A stretch of 64,000 nt of DNA, from positions 224,001 to 288,000 of the forward strand of contig OZ242011.1 of NCBI GenBank assembly GCA_965204755.1. The letters run 5' to 3'. Both the position numbers and the translations under genes were made by a program. Of the stretch, positions 27,479 to 37,186 are shown piece by piece. Origin of the DNA: Candidatus Marinacidobacterium sp. GTDB taxonomy: Bacteria; Acidobacteriota; Vicinamibacteria; Marinacidobacterales; Marinacidobacteraceae. The notes under the pieces are model-generated. The model did not search any database. It saw only the letters and a program-made list of their open reading frames with translations, and had not been told where the DNA came from. The number at the start of each line of letters is the position of its first letter. Within the stretch, counting starts at the first letter, position 1.

Positions 27479-28630
27479 TCAGCGCGCGGCGCTCAGGGAA
27501 CTCGAAGCGGCGCCGTCGGAGGGAAACAGGCCCCGTTCCTCCAGTTCACGGCCCACCACTTCGGCGACGAGTGAGTGACCGGCCCCGGTGAGGTGCCCGT
27601 CCTTCGGGTAGTAGAGCGACTCCGGTTGCGGGTGCGCCCGCATCGCCGGCGCCACCTCCACGACCTGGCAATCCTCGGCCGCGCAGAACCGCCGCAGGCG
27701 GGCGGTCGGCGTGAGGATCGTTCGCGCCGCCGGACGCGGGAGCGGAGACCGACCGAGGGCGCGCTCCGTCTCGACAGTCCGCCATCCCCGGTTCTGCGGG
27801 ATGTAGAGGAAGACGATCCCGGCATCCGCCCCGGCGCTCAAACGCGCCATGCGGTCGAGGGCGCCCTCGATCCGCGCCCAAATCGCCTCTTCGTCCTCCG
27901 CGGGTTCGAGACCCGCATCCCGCGCATCGCCGGCCGCCGCGAAACCGATCAGGATGCGCGCGACGCCCGAGCGGAGATAGAGCCATCTCCCGAGGTCCGC
28001 CCAGTCGCCGAGTCGATCGGTGACCAGGTAGCCGCGCGACACCCGGAGGCCGGCGAGGCCCCTCCGGGTGTCCTCGACATCGTTCGGGGCGATGCCGACG
28101 AGCACGAGGTCGGGCCGGAATTTCAACCCGTAGTGTTGGAGCACCAAGGTTTCGGGTTCGGGCCAGTAGCGGGGTACGGCGAGGTTGATGGCTTCCACCC
28201 GGCGCGCGGTTCTCGCGTCGAGCGCCGACTCGAGTCGCGCGAGGAATGTCGCGTCGTCATCGACGCCGACGCCGTAGGTGAAACTGTCGCCGATGCCCAC
28301 GATCCGGAAGGCGCCGGGCGGCTTCTCGAACGGCCGGTCGCGGCCCCGGAAGCCCAGCGAGTTGTGGGTGTAGCGGACATCGAATTCGTCCGTTCGGACC
28401 CTTTCCGTCCGGTCGGCGTCCAACTTCCACGGAAGGACGGCGTCCGCCGCGAAGCCGTGGTCGCGGGGCAGCGGCGGCGCGATCCCGAAGACGCGCACGG
28501 CGGTCTCCAGGGCCGCCGGAACGAATACGGCGCCGAGGGCGAGAGCCGCCGCGGCGAAGCGCCGCGAGCGCCGACGGGGGGGGGGGGGGGGGGGGGGGGG
28601 GCTATTCGCGCCGCCGGCGAACCGGCTCAT
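27479..28630 (-). CDS. SGNH/GDSL hydrolase (AlgX/AlgJ-like), membrane-anchored, paralog 2
   Basis: HNSLGFRG, IGDSFTYG and YYPKDGHLT (DxH); ATGA overlap with paralog 1. Confidence 0.85.
   Translation of the reverse strand: MSRFAGGANSPPPPPPPPRRRSRRFAAAALALGAVFVPAALETAVRVFGIAPPLPRDHGFAADAVLPWKLDADRTERVRTDEFDVRYTHNSLGFRGRDRPFEKPPGAFRIVGIGDSFTYGVGVDDDATFLARLESALDARTARRVEAINLAVPRYWPEPETLVLQHYGLKFRPDLVLVGIAPNDVEDTRRGLAGLRVSRGYLVTDRLGDWADLGRWLYLRSGVARILIGFAAAGDARDAGLEPAEDEEAIWARIEGALDRMARLSAGADAGIVFLYIPQNRGWRTVETERALGRSPLPRPAARTILTPTARLRRFCAAEDCQVVEVAPAMRAHPQPESLYYPKDGHLTGAGHSLVAEVVGRELEERGLFPSDGAASSSLSAAR
28576..28601. repeat. G26 homopolymer (poly-C on coding strand) near the 5' end of SGNH paralog 2
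   Basis: Counted directly in the sequence. Confidence 0.9.
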
Positions 28631-29775
28631 CGCGCTGCGCCCGGAGGGCTCGAAGCGGCGCCGTCGAAGGGAAGCAGACCCCGTTCCTCCAGTTCACGGC
28701 CCAACACCTCGGCGATGAGCGCGTGACCGGCCTCCGTGCAGTGGCCGTCCTTCGGGTAGTAGAGCGACTCCGGCTGCGGGTGCGCCCGTATCGCCGGCAG
28801 GACATCGACGACCTCGCAATCCCCGGCCGCGCAGAACCGCCGCAGGCGGGCGGGCAGCGTCGGTCGCGCTGCCCGACGCGGGAGCGGGAACCGACCGAGG
28901 CGCGCTTCTTCCGCCTCGACGGAACTCCACTCCCCGTCCGGGATGTACAGGAAGACGATCTCGGCATCCACCGCGGCGCTCAGGCGCGCCATGCGGTCGA
29001 AGGCGTCCTCCATCCGCGCGTCCCTGGCGTCGGGACTCGCATCCCGCGCGTTGCCGGCCGCCGCGCGCCCGATCAGGACGCGCGCGACATGCGAGCGGAG
29101 ATAGAGCCATCTCCCGAGGTCCGCCCAATCGCCGAGTCGATCGGTGACCAGGTAGCCGCGGGACACACTGGAGCCGGCGGCGCCCGTCCGGGTGTTCTCG
29201 ACATCGTTCGGGCTGATGCCGACGATCACGAGGTCCGGGCGAAACTTCAAGCCGTAGTGTTCGAGCACCAGGGTTTCGGGGTCGGGCCAGTAGCCCGGTA
29301 TGGCGAGGTTGATCGCTTCCACGCGGCGCGCGGTCCTCGCGCCGAGCGCCGCTTCGAGTCGCGCGAGATAGGTCGCGTCGTCATCGACCCCGATGCCGTA
29401 GGTGAAACTGTCGCCGATGCCCACGATCCGGAAGGCGCCGGGCGGCTTTTCGAATGGCCGGTCGCTGCCCCGGAAGCCCAGCGAGTTGTGGGTGTAGCGG
29501 ACCTCGAATTCGTCCGTTCGAACCCGTTCCGTCCGGTCGGCTTCCATCTTCCACGGGAGGACGGCGTCCGCCGCGAAGGCGTCGTAGCGCGGCAGCGGCG
29601 GCGCGATCCCGAAGGCGCGCGCGGCGACCTCCAGGGCCGCCGGAACGAATGCGGCGCCGAGGGCGAGGGCCGCCGCGGCCAGGCGCCGCGAGCGCCGAGG
29701 GAGCCCCCCCCCCCCCCCACTCCGAAGTCGGACTTCATGCCGGCCGGTCGAGAACGGGAGGGAGGGGCGCTCCAC
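28627..29775 (-). CDS. SGNH/GDSL hydrolase (AlgX/AlgJ-like), membrane-anchored, paralog 1
   Basis: Same motifs (IGDSFTYG, YYPKDGHCT); highly similar to paralog 2; start codon uncertain. Confidence 0.85.
   Translation of the reverse strand: MERPSLPFSTGRHEVRLRSGGGGGLPRRSRRLAAAALALGAAFVPAALEVAARAFGIAPPLPRYDAFAADAVLPWKMEADRTERVRTDEFEVRYTHNSLGFRGSDRPFEKPPGAFRIVGIGDSFTYGIGVDDDATYLARLEAALGARTARRVEAINLAIPGYWPDPETLVLEHYGLKFRPDLVIVGISPNDVENTRTGAAGSSVSRGYLVTDRLGDWADLGRWLYLRSHVARVLIGRAAAGNARDASPDARDARMEDAFDRMARLSAAVDAEIVFLYIPDGEWSSVEAEEARLGRFPLPRRAARPTLPARLRRFCAAGDCEVVDVLPAIRAHPQPESLYYPKDGHCTEAGHALIAEVLGRELEERGLLPFDGAASSPPGAAR
29704..29718. repeat. C15 homopolymer (poly-G on coding strand) near the 5' end of SGNH paralog 1
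   Basis: Counted directly in the sequence. Confidence 0.9.
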
Positions 29776-29785
29776 CGACGGTTCC

Positions 29786-31876
29786 TCAGTCGCCTTCCAC
29801 CATGAACCGTTCGAACCAGTTGCGGAGGAGCAACTGCACCCGCAGGAAGTTGGTCGGCGGGAGGCTGCGGCTGTGCCAGCCGTCGGTCAGGCGCACCATC
29901 GCCGTCGGGATCTTCCGCATCTTGAGCGCCCGGTAGTACTGCTCGGTCTGCTCCATGGGCGTCCGCAGGTCGCGCTCGCCGGTCATGAGCATCGTCGGCG
30001 TGGTCACATTCCCGACAACCATGAGCGTGGAGCGGCGCAGGTGCTCCTCCGGGTCGTCCCAGGGCATCTTCTCGAAGTTGCGGTACCAACTCGAACCGTC
30101 CGTCGTGCCGACGAAACTGAGCCAGTTCGTCACCGGCGCCTTCGCCACCGCCGCGGTGAACCGGTCGGTGTTCCCCACGATCCACGAAGTGAGCACGCCG
30201 CCGCCGCTGCCGCCGTATACGAACAGGTTCCGCTCGTCGATGTAGCCGCGCGACAGGACTTCGTCAACGCCGGCCATCAGGTCGTCGAGGTCCTTGCCCG
30301 GGTAGGCGTTTTTGATCTCGTTGCCGAAGGAACTGCCGTAGCCGCTGCTGCCGCGCGGGTTGGTGTAGAGCACGACATAGCCGTTCGCCGCGTGGTCCTG
30401 GTTCTTGAAGTCGAAGCCGCTGTTGTACATCGCGTGCGGTCCGCCGTGGATGCGGAGGATGAGCGGGTACTTCCGCGACGGGTCGAAGTCCGGCGGCTTC
30501 ACGATCCAGCCCTGGATGTCCAGTCCGTCGGGCGAGCGGTACCAGACTTCCTCGACTTCGCCGAAGCGGACGCCGGCGAGGACGGAGGCGTTCGTCTCGT
30601 GGAGGACGGTGAGGTCGTCCGGTTCGTCCACCTCGAACGCGACCAGGGCGCCGGGCCGGTGGTAGGAAGTCACCACGCCGACGGCGACGCCGTTCGCGCT
30701 CACCGAGGACACCGACAGCATGTGGTTCCCCGAAGTCACCGGCCGGACTTCGTCGCCGTCGGTCGGGGCGAAGTAGAGGTTGCTCGTTCCCCGCACCGCC
30801 GCGTTGAAGTACACGCCGCTCTCGTCGGCCGCCCAGCCCACGAGACCCGGACGGCGCCCCATCTCGGAGGCGACCACTTTCGGGCCGCTGCCGTTCGCCG
30901 CCATGACCTGGAGGTCTTCTTCGCGGTAGGTATCGGTGGTCTTCGGCATCCCGGTGTAGGCGATGCGCATTCCCGAAGGGGACGGGAACGCGTTCGAGTC
31001 CGGGCCTTGTCGGTCGGTGACCTGCGTGATCTCTCCGGAGGCGATCTCGACCCGGTAGATCTCCGACTCGCGCCAGGCGTGTTCGGCGTCAGGAGTGCGC
31101 AGCGAGGTGAAGACCAGGGCGCCGCCGTCGCCGACGAACCGGGGGCCGTCGTGGTGGTAGTCGCCCGAAGTGACCTGCCGGGGGGAGCCGCCGTCGGCGC
31201 TCACCGTGAACAGGTGCCGATACCCCGCCGGGGTATAGCCCGAGCCGTCGCGCCGGTAGTTCAGCCGGGTGACGATGCGCGGCGGTTTCGTCCAGTCCGC
31301 GCCTTCGGGGGCGTCCGGCATGGCGATCGCCCAGACCCCGTCGGGTTTCGGGGGAACCACCGCGCGGAAGGCGATCGTCCGGCTGTCCGGGGCCCATTCC
31401 AGTTGCGAGGGCGGGCTCTCGAGGCGGGTGACCTGGCTCTCCGCTCCTTCGGCGTCCATCCACCGCACGAAGACTTGGGAACCCTCGCCTTCCACCGACC
31501 GCAGGAACGCGATCCGGGAGCCGTCCGGCGACCACTTCGCGCCGCTCCCCTCGGTGAGCAGCCGGTTGCGGGAACCGTCGCGGCGGACCACCCAGAGTTC
31601 GGTCTCCCACCGGTCGCGCATCGCGTCCACGAAACGGCGCTCATAGACGACGGTTTCGCCGTCCGGCGAGACCTGCGGGTTGCGCACGGCCTCCCAGGAC
31701 AGGTAGTCGTCGAGCCGCAGGTGGCGCCGCCCGTCCTCGGCGGCGGCCGGCGCCGCGGAGAAGAGCAGGGCGCCGAAGACGACGGCGACGATGGCGGCGG
31801 CGGCGAAGAGCCGGCCGGCGCGGCGCGAAACCGCCGGGGACGCGTTCCCGGAGCGGGGCATCTCGAGTCGTTTCAT
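29786..31876 (-). CDS. S9 family peptidase (acylaminoacyl/dipeptidyl peptidase), secreted
   Basis: PD40-like repeats, IHGGPH, NPRGSSGYG, GGSGGG nucleophile, GERDLRTP and GWHS. Confidence 0.92.
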   Translation of the reverse strand: MKRLEMPRSGNASPAVSRRAGRLFAAAAIVAVVFGALLFSAAPAAAEDGRRHLRLDDYLSWEAVRNPQVSPDGETVVYERRFVDAMRDRWETELWVVRRDGSRNRLLTEGSGAKWSPDGSRIAFLRSVEGEGSQVFVRWMDAEGAESQVTRLESPPSQLEWAPDSRTIAFRAVVPPKPDGVWAIAMPDAPEGADWTKPPRIVTRLNYRRDGSGYTPAGYRHLFTVSADGGSPRQVTSGDYHHDGPRFVGDGGALVFTSLRTPDAEHAWRESEIYRVEIASGEITQVTDRQGPDSNAFPSPSGMRIAYTGMPKTTDTYREEDLQVMAANGSGPKVVASEMGRRPGLVGWAADESGVYFNAAVRGTSNLYFAPTDGDEVRPVTSGNHMLSVSSVSANGVAVGVVTSYHRPGALVAFEVDEPDDLTVLHETNASVLAGVRFGEVEEVWYRSPDGLDIQGWIVKPPDFDPSRKYPLILRIHGGPHAMYNSGFDFKNQDHAANGYVVLYTNPRGSSGYGSSFGNEIKNAYPGKDLDDLMAGVDEVLSRGYIDERNLFVYGGSGGGVLTSWIVGNTDRFTAAVAKAPVTNWLSFVGTTDGSSWYRNFEKMPWDDPEEHLRRSTLMVVGNVTTPTMLMTGERDLRTPMEQTEQYYRALKMRKIPTAMVRLTDGWHSRSLPPTNFLRVQLLLRNWFERFMVEGD

Positions 31877-31913
31877 GGGAATCCTCCTCGCCGGCGCGAA
31901 ACGCCGGCCGGGA

Positions 31914-32900
31914 TCAGACGAGACAGCCGAAGGAGCCGGCGGCGTCGGCGTCCCGACCGCCGATGGTGTCCGGCCCGGTGAAGGTCACCCGGTGCATCAG
32001 CCGGCTCTCGGTCTCGTCGAAGGGGGAGCCGGCGTGCATCGCCGAGCGATTGTCCCAGACCGCCACCCACCCCGGCCGCCACGGCTGCAGCAGCGCGAAG
32101 TCCGGGCCGGTCGCGTGCTCGCGGAGTTCGGCGAGCAGCGCCCGGCCTTCCTCCGCGTCGAGCCCGCTCACCGTCTCGATGTGGCACTCGGGAATGCAGA
32201 GCGCCCTCCTCCCGGTCTCCGGGTGGCGGACGACCAGCGGCCGGACCACCGGCGGGTGGGCGCGGCGGACTTCCGGGGGGAGCGGCGGGCGGTGCTCGTT
32301 CGTCTCCCGCAGGCGCCGATCCAGGTAGGCGTAGGAATGGACCGCGTAGCGCCCCTCGGCGCGGCGGCGGAGCGAAGGCGGGAGCGCCTCCCAGGCCTCG
32401 GCCATCCCGGCGAACCAGGTGCCGCCGCCGTCTTCCGGATGGGTGATGCAGCGGAAGATGGAGCCGGCGGGCTGGGGACAGCGGAAACTGTCGTCGGCGT
32501 GCCAGAGCACGGCGTCCTCGTCGGCCCGGACGAACAGCGACCGCAGCCGACCGTCCTCGCGCAGGTTGCCCAGTCGGAGGATCTCCGGGTGTTCCGGGTG
32601 GAGGAAATCCGGGTCGTACTTCTCGTTCTTCTCCAGCGGCCCGAAGACCTCGCAGAACCGGAGGAAGTCCGCCGCGGAGAGGTCCTCCTGCCCGGTGAGG
32701 ACGAGGAGGCCGCCGGACGAGAGCCACCGGTCGCGGAGGGAGCGGAGTTCCTCCCCGGAGGTCTCGGCGAGGCGGACGCCGTCGAGCCGGACGCCGAACC
32801 CGGACCGGGTGAGCGGCGTCGCCCGGCGCTGGGTCACCGGGCGGCGGGCGCGAGGCGCGCGGGCGGGAAGCCGGGGGGGAGCGGGTTCCGGAGCATGCAA
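31914..32900 (-). CDS. TauD/TfdA family Fe(II)/2-oxoglutarate dioxygenase
   Basis: WHADDSF, GGGTWFA, RHPETGRRAL, WDNRSAMH and LMHRVT. Confidence 0.9.
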   Translation of the reverse strand: MHAPEPAPPRLPARAPRARRPVTQRRATPLTRSGFGVRLDGVRLAETSGEELRSLRDRWLSSGGLLVLTGQEDLSAADFLRFCEVFGPLEKNEKYDPDFLHPEHPEILRLGNLREDGRLRSLFVRADEDAVLWHADDSFRCPQPAGSIFRCITHPEDGGGTWFAGMAEAWEALPPSLRRRAEGRYAVHSYAYLDRRLRETNEHRPPLPPEVRRAHPPVVRPLVVRHPETGRRALCIPECHIETVSGLDAEEGRALLAELREHATGPDFALLQPWRPGWVAVWDNRSAMHAGSPFDETESRLMHRVTFTGPDTIGGRDADAAGSFGCLV

Positions 32901-32986
32901 GTGGATTCCGGGCGAATTCTACGGAGCGGCGGCGCGTCGGACGCCCTTCCCGGCCGGCGCCCCCGCGTCCTCCGTAGAATCGGGAA

Positions 32987-34030
32987 ATGCCTCTTCCGCC
33001 TCCGCCCGAGTCCTCCCGCCGCCCGCTTCGGAAGCGGGCGGCCCGACGCCCCCTCCCCGCGGGCACCCTGGCCGCGGGCCTCCTCGCCCTCTCCCTCGGC
33101 GCCCCGGCCGCCGCCGCGGGCGCCCAGGGACGGACGCACACCTACCGGCCGGAGCGGGGCGTGGACAGTTTCGGCGTCCGCGAACCGGTGCTCCGGCTCG
33201 CCCCCGGCGACCGGCTGGTCAGCGAGACGATGAACCCGGCATTCGTCCCGGAGGGCGGCGGACCGGCGGGCGAAGTGGGCCCGATCTTCGTCGAGGGGGC
33301 GGAGCGGGGCGACGCCCTCCTCGTCCGGGTGGAGCGGCTGGAACTGAACCGGGACCGGGCGTACTCCGGCACTTCGCGCGGGTTCGCGGCGCTCACCATG
33401 ACCCCCCAGACGCCGATGCTCCACGAACCGGTCCCCGAGCGCCGGTTCGAGTGGATCCTCGACCGGGAAGCCGGGACCGGGACGCTGGCGCTGCCGGCGA
33501 GCGGCAAGGAACCGGTCACCGTGGCGCTCGCGCCGATGCTGGGCCGGATGGCGGTCGCCCCCGACCGGGGCGAAGTCATCTGGAACGCCGCGCCGGGGAA
33601 CTTCGGCGGCAACATGGACACGCCGGAGATCCGCGAAGGCGTGGTGGTGTGGCTCCCGGTGTTCGAGCCCGGCGCCTACTTCTACTTCGGCGATGTCCAC
33701 GCGCTCCAGGGGGAGGGCGAGATCACCGGCACCGGCCTCGAGACGACCGCCGAAGTCACCTTCGGGTTCGACCTGGCGAAGGGGGAGACCATCGCCTGGC
33801 CGCGGATCGAAAGCGACGAGTACCTGATGGTGGCCGGTTCGGTGCGCCCGCTGATGGACGCCTTCCGCATCGCCCACACCGAGATCGTGCTCTGGCTGGA
33901 GCGGGACTACGGCTACGACCGCTGGGAGGCGCTGCAGTTGCTCTCCCAGGTGGGCAGCGCCCGCATCGGCAATGTGGTGGACCCGAACTACACGGTCGTC
34001 GCCCGTTTCCCCAAGCGATACCTGCGATAA
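32987..34030 (+). CDS. Acetamidase/formamidase family protein
   Basis: GPIFVEGAERGDAL, FGGNMD, FGDVHALQGEGEITGTGLE and NVVDPNYTVVA. Confidence 0.88.
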   Translation: MPLPPPPESSRRPLRKRAARRPLPAGTLAAGLLALSLGAPAAAAGAQGRTHTYRPERGVDSFGVREPVLRLAPGDRLVSETMNPAFVPEGGGPAGEVGPIFVEGAERGDALLVRVERLELNRDRAYSGTSRGFAALTMTPQTPMLHEPVPERRFEWILDREAGTGTLALPASGKEPVTVALAPMLGRMAVAPDRGEVIWNAAPGNFGGNMDTPEIREGVVVWLPVFEPGAYFYFGDVHALQGEGEITGTGLETTAEVTFGFDLAKGETIAWPRIESDEYLMVAGSVRPLMDAFRIAHTEIVLWLERDYGYDRWEALQLLSQVGSARIGNVVDPNYTVVARFPKRYLR

Positions 34031-34068
34031 CGCGGGGCGGCGGCGGCGACCGTACGGGGCTGCAGGGT

Positions 34069-34866
34069 ATGGACGCCTCGGAGCGCGGGGTCTCCATCGT
34101 CGTTCCGACCTGGCGCGAAGCGGCGAACCTCGCCCCGCTCGCCGAACGGGTGTCCGCGGCGATGTCCGCCGGGTCGTCCGCCGGGTCGTCCGCCGAGTCG
34201 TCCGCCGGTCCGGTCCCCTGGGAACTGGTCTTCGTGGACGACGACTCGCAGGACGGCAGCGAGGGAATCGCGGCGGACCTGGCACGGCGCTTTCCCGTGC
34301 GCCTGGAATCCCGGCGCGAAGGGCCGCGCGACCTCTCGCTCGCCGTCCTGGAGGGGGTCCGCCTGAGCCGCTACGACCGCATCGTGGTGATGGACGCCGA
34401 CCTCTCGCACCCGCCGGAGAGCATTCCGGCGCTCCTCGCGGAACTCGAGCGCGGCGGGTGCGACCTGGTCGTGGGGAGCCGATACGCACCGGGGAGCCGC
34501 ATCGCTCCCGGCTGGAGCCGGTGGCGGCTCTTCGGGTCGCGGCTGGCGACGCGGCTCGCGCAGCCGCTCGCGCCGGTCTCGGACCCGCTGTCGGGATTCC
34601 TCGCGATGGATCGGCGTTCCCTGCCGGACCTGGGGCCGCCGCGGCCGCTCGGTTACAAGATCGGGCTGGAGTGGATGGTTCGCGGGCGGCTGAGGGTCCG
34701 CGAAGTCCCGATCGGCTTCGCCGAGCGGAACCTGGGCGCGAGCAAGATGACCTGGCGGCAGCAGGTCGCCTACCTGTCGCAGTTGCTCCGGCTCTACTTC
34801 GCGGCCTTCCGGGTCTCCGATCGGGCCGGGCGCCCTCGCGCCCGGCCGCCGGAGCCCGGACGATGA
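34069..34866 (+). CDS. Polyprenol-monophosphomannose synthase-like GT2 glycosyltransferase
   Basis: SIVVPTWREAANL, VDDDSQDGS, VMDADLSHPPE, VVGSRY, SDPLSGF, GYKIGLE and EVPIGFAERNLGASKM (DPM1-like). Confidence 0.85.
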   Translation: MDASERGVSIVVPTWREAANLAPLAERVSAAMSAGSSAGSSAESSAGPVPWELVFVDDDSQDGSEGIAADLARRFPVRLESRREGPRDLSLAVLEGVRLSRYDRIVVMDADLSHPPESIPALLAELERGGCDLVVGSRYAPGSRIAPGWSRWRLFGSRLATRLAQPLAPVSDPLSGFLAMDRRSLPDLGPPRPLGYKIGLEWMVRGRLRVREVPIGFAERNLGASKMTWRQQVAYLSQLLRLYFAAFRVSDRAGRPRARPPEPGR

Positions 34867-37058
34867 CCGCCCCGAAACGGCCGGGACGGCGGAGGGACCG
34901 GGACCGGAGCGACGGCCGCCCGGGACGGCGCCGGCGCGAGCGGGAGCGCCGCCGCGCGGCGGCGCGGCGCGACGGACGAACCGGCAACGCGGACCGGCCG
35001 CGCGACGGGCGAACCGACGGCCCCACCGACGGCCCGACCGACGGGGCGACCGACGGGGCGAACCGGCGGCGGCGCCGGCTCGCCGCCCTGGCGCTCGGCC
35101 TCCTGTGCCTCGTCATCTACCTCCCCGCGGCGGACGGCGAGTTCCTCTGGGACGACGCCGTCTTCACCGACGCGGCGCCGGTGAGCGACCCCTCCGGCCT
35201 CGCGGACATCTGGTTCTCCCCCTCGTCCATCCCGAACGAAGGCCACTACTGGCCGCTGGTGTACACCTCGTTCTGGCTGGAGCACGCCCTGTGGGGTTTC
35301 GAGAGTTCGATTCCCTTCCACCTGACGAACATCCTCCTGCACCTCGTCAATACCCTGCTGCTGTGGGGTCTCCTGCGCCGCTTTTCGGTTCCCGGCGCCT
35401 TCGCCACCGCGGCGGTGTTCGCCGTCCATCCGGTGCATGTCGAGGCGGTCGCCTGGGTCATCGAGCGCAAGGATGTGCTCTCGGGCCTCTTCTACCTGAC
35501 GGCGGCCGGGGCCTGGTTCCGGTTCGTCGAAAGGCCCCGGAAGCGGACCTACGCGCTGTCGCTCGGGCTGTTCGCCGCCGGGCTCCTCTCCAAGTCCATC
35601 GTGGTGACCCTGCCGGTCGCGCTGTTGATCGCGCAGTGGTGGCGGCGCGGCCGGATCCTCGCCTCCGACCTGCGGCGGCTCGCGCCGTTCGCGCTGGTCG
35701 CGGTCGTCATCACGCTGGCCGACCTTTCCTACTACGCCGGGCGGGAGCCGGTCGCCTTCGACTACTCGTTCGTCGAACGCTCACTCCTCGCTTCCCGCGC
35801 CCTCTGGTCGTACGCGCTGAAACTCCTGTGGCCGTCGCCGCTCCCGGTGATCTACCCGCGGTGGGAAGTCACCGCCGCCGATCTCCTCGGCTGGGCGGCG
35901 CTCGTCGGCGCGGTCGCGGTCGCCGCGGCGCTCTGGTTCGCCCGCGAACGGATCGGCCGCGGCCCGCTGGCCGGCGCGGCGCTGTTCGCGGTGACCCTCT
36001 CGCCGGTCCTGGGTTTCGTCGACAATGTTTACATGGAGTTCTCCTTCGTGGCCGACCGCTACCAGTACCTGGCGAGCATCGGCCTCGCGACGGCGCTGGT
36101 CGCCGCCGGCGCCTCGTTCGCCGCGAAGCGGCCCGGCGCCGTGCTCGTCGGTTCGCGCTGGCTGGCCGGCGCGATCGTCGCGGCGCTCGGCCTCCTGACC
36201 TGGCGCCAGGCCGGCATCTACCGCGACGAAGTCACCTTCTTCCGCCACATCGTGGCCGCGAATCCCGATGCGCACGGCGCCCACGGCAACCTGACCATCG
36301 CCCTGCTGGACGCCGACCGGCCGGAGGAAGCGCTGGCCACCGGGCTCGTCGCCCTCGAAGGGGAACCGGACGATGTGGACCACCTGAACAGCCTCGGCCT
36401 CGCCCTGTTGCGGCTGGAGCGGCTGCCCGAGGCGGCCGAGTACTTCGAACGCGCCCGCGCGAGCGATCCCGACGCCGTGCAGCCGGCGCAGAACCTGGCC
36501 GAGGCGCGCCGCAAGCAGGGGCGCTACGAGGAGGCGGTCGAGGCCTACGGCGAGGCCCTGGAGATGGACGGCGAGTTCGCGCTGGCGCACGCCGGCCTGG
36601 GGGAGACGCTCTACCACCTCGGCCGCCACGAGGAGTCGCTGGCGGCGCTCCGCCGGGCGCTCACGCTCGACCCCGCCCTGCCGATGGCGCCGACGCTCCA
36701 CCGGCTGATGGGCCGCTCGGCGCAGGCGCTCGGCCGGCCCGACGCCGCGGAGTTCTACGAACTCACCCTGGCGGCCGACCCGCGGGACACCGAAGCGCTG
36801 AACCTGCTGGCGGTCGCGCGATTCGGGGAGGAGCGGTTCGAGGACGCGCTCGCGCTCTACCGGACGCTGCTGGAAATCGTTCCCGAAGACGCGCAGACGC
36901 ACACCAACCTGGGCGCCACGCTCTTCCACCTGGACCGGCTGGAAGAGGCCGCGCGGAGTTTCGAGCGCGCCGCCGCCCTCGACCCTTCCGCCGAAACGCC
37001 GCGCGCCTACCTGGAGGAAGTACGCGCCATCCAGCGGCAGCGGACCGCGAACCCGTGA
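34863..37058 (+). CDS. TMTC-like GT-C membrane protein with C-terminal TPR repeats
   Basis: FLWDD, YWPLVYTSFWLE, FAVHPVHVEAVAWVIERKDVLS, LLSKS, VADRYQYLAS, then multiple TPRs; ATGA overlap with the GT2 gene. Confidence 0.85.
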   Translation: MTAPKRPGRRRDRDRSDGRPGRRRRERERRRAAARRDGRTGNADRPRDGRTDGPTDGPTDGATDGANRRRRRLAALALGLLCLVIYLPAADGEFLWDDAVFTDAAPVSDPSGLADIWFSPSSIPNEGHYWPLVYTSFWLEHALWGFESSIPFHLTNILLHLVNTLLLWGLLRRFSVPGAFATAAVFAVHPVHVEAVAWVIERKDVLSGLFYLTAAGAWFRFVERPRKRTYALSLGLFAAGLLSKSIVVTLPVALLIAQWWRRGRILASDLRRLAPFALVAVVITLADLSYYAGREPVAFDYSFVERSLLASRALWSYALKLLWPSPLPVIYPRWEVTAADLLGWAALVGAVAVAAALWFARERIGRGPLAGAALFAVTLSPVLGFVDNVYMEFSFVADRYQYLASIGLATALVAAGASFAAKRPGAVLVGSRWLAGAIVAALGLLTWRQAGIYRDEVTFFRHIVAANPDAHGAHGNLTIALLDADRPEEALATGLVALEGEPDDVDHLNSLGLALLRLERLPEAAEYFERARASDPDAVQPAQNLAEARRKQGRYEEAVEAYGEALEMDGEFALAHAGLGETLYHLGRHEESLAALRRALTLDPALPMAPTLHRLMGRSAQALGRPDAAEFYELTLAADPRDTEALNLLAVARFGEERFEDALALYRTLLEIVPEDAQTHTNLGATLFHLDRLEEAARSFERAAALDPSAETPRAYLEEVRAIQRQRTANP

Positions 37059-37186
37059 TGGAGCCGGCGACGCCCGGGATCGCCGCCGAGGCCCCGCAAA
37101 CGCCGGTAGACGCTGCTCCTTGTCAAATCCGTGATGCGATCACCGAAATGACATCGCCCCGGCCCGCGACGGCGGAACGCCCCCCG

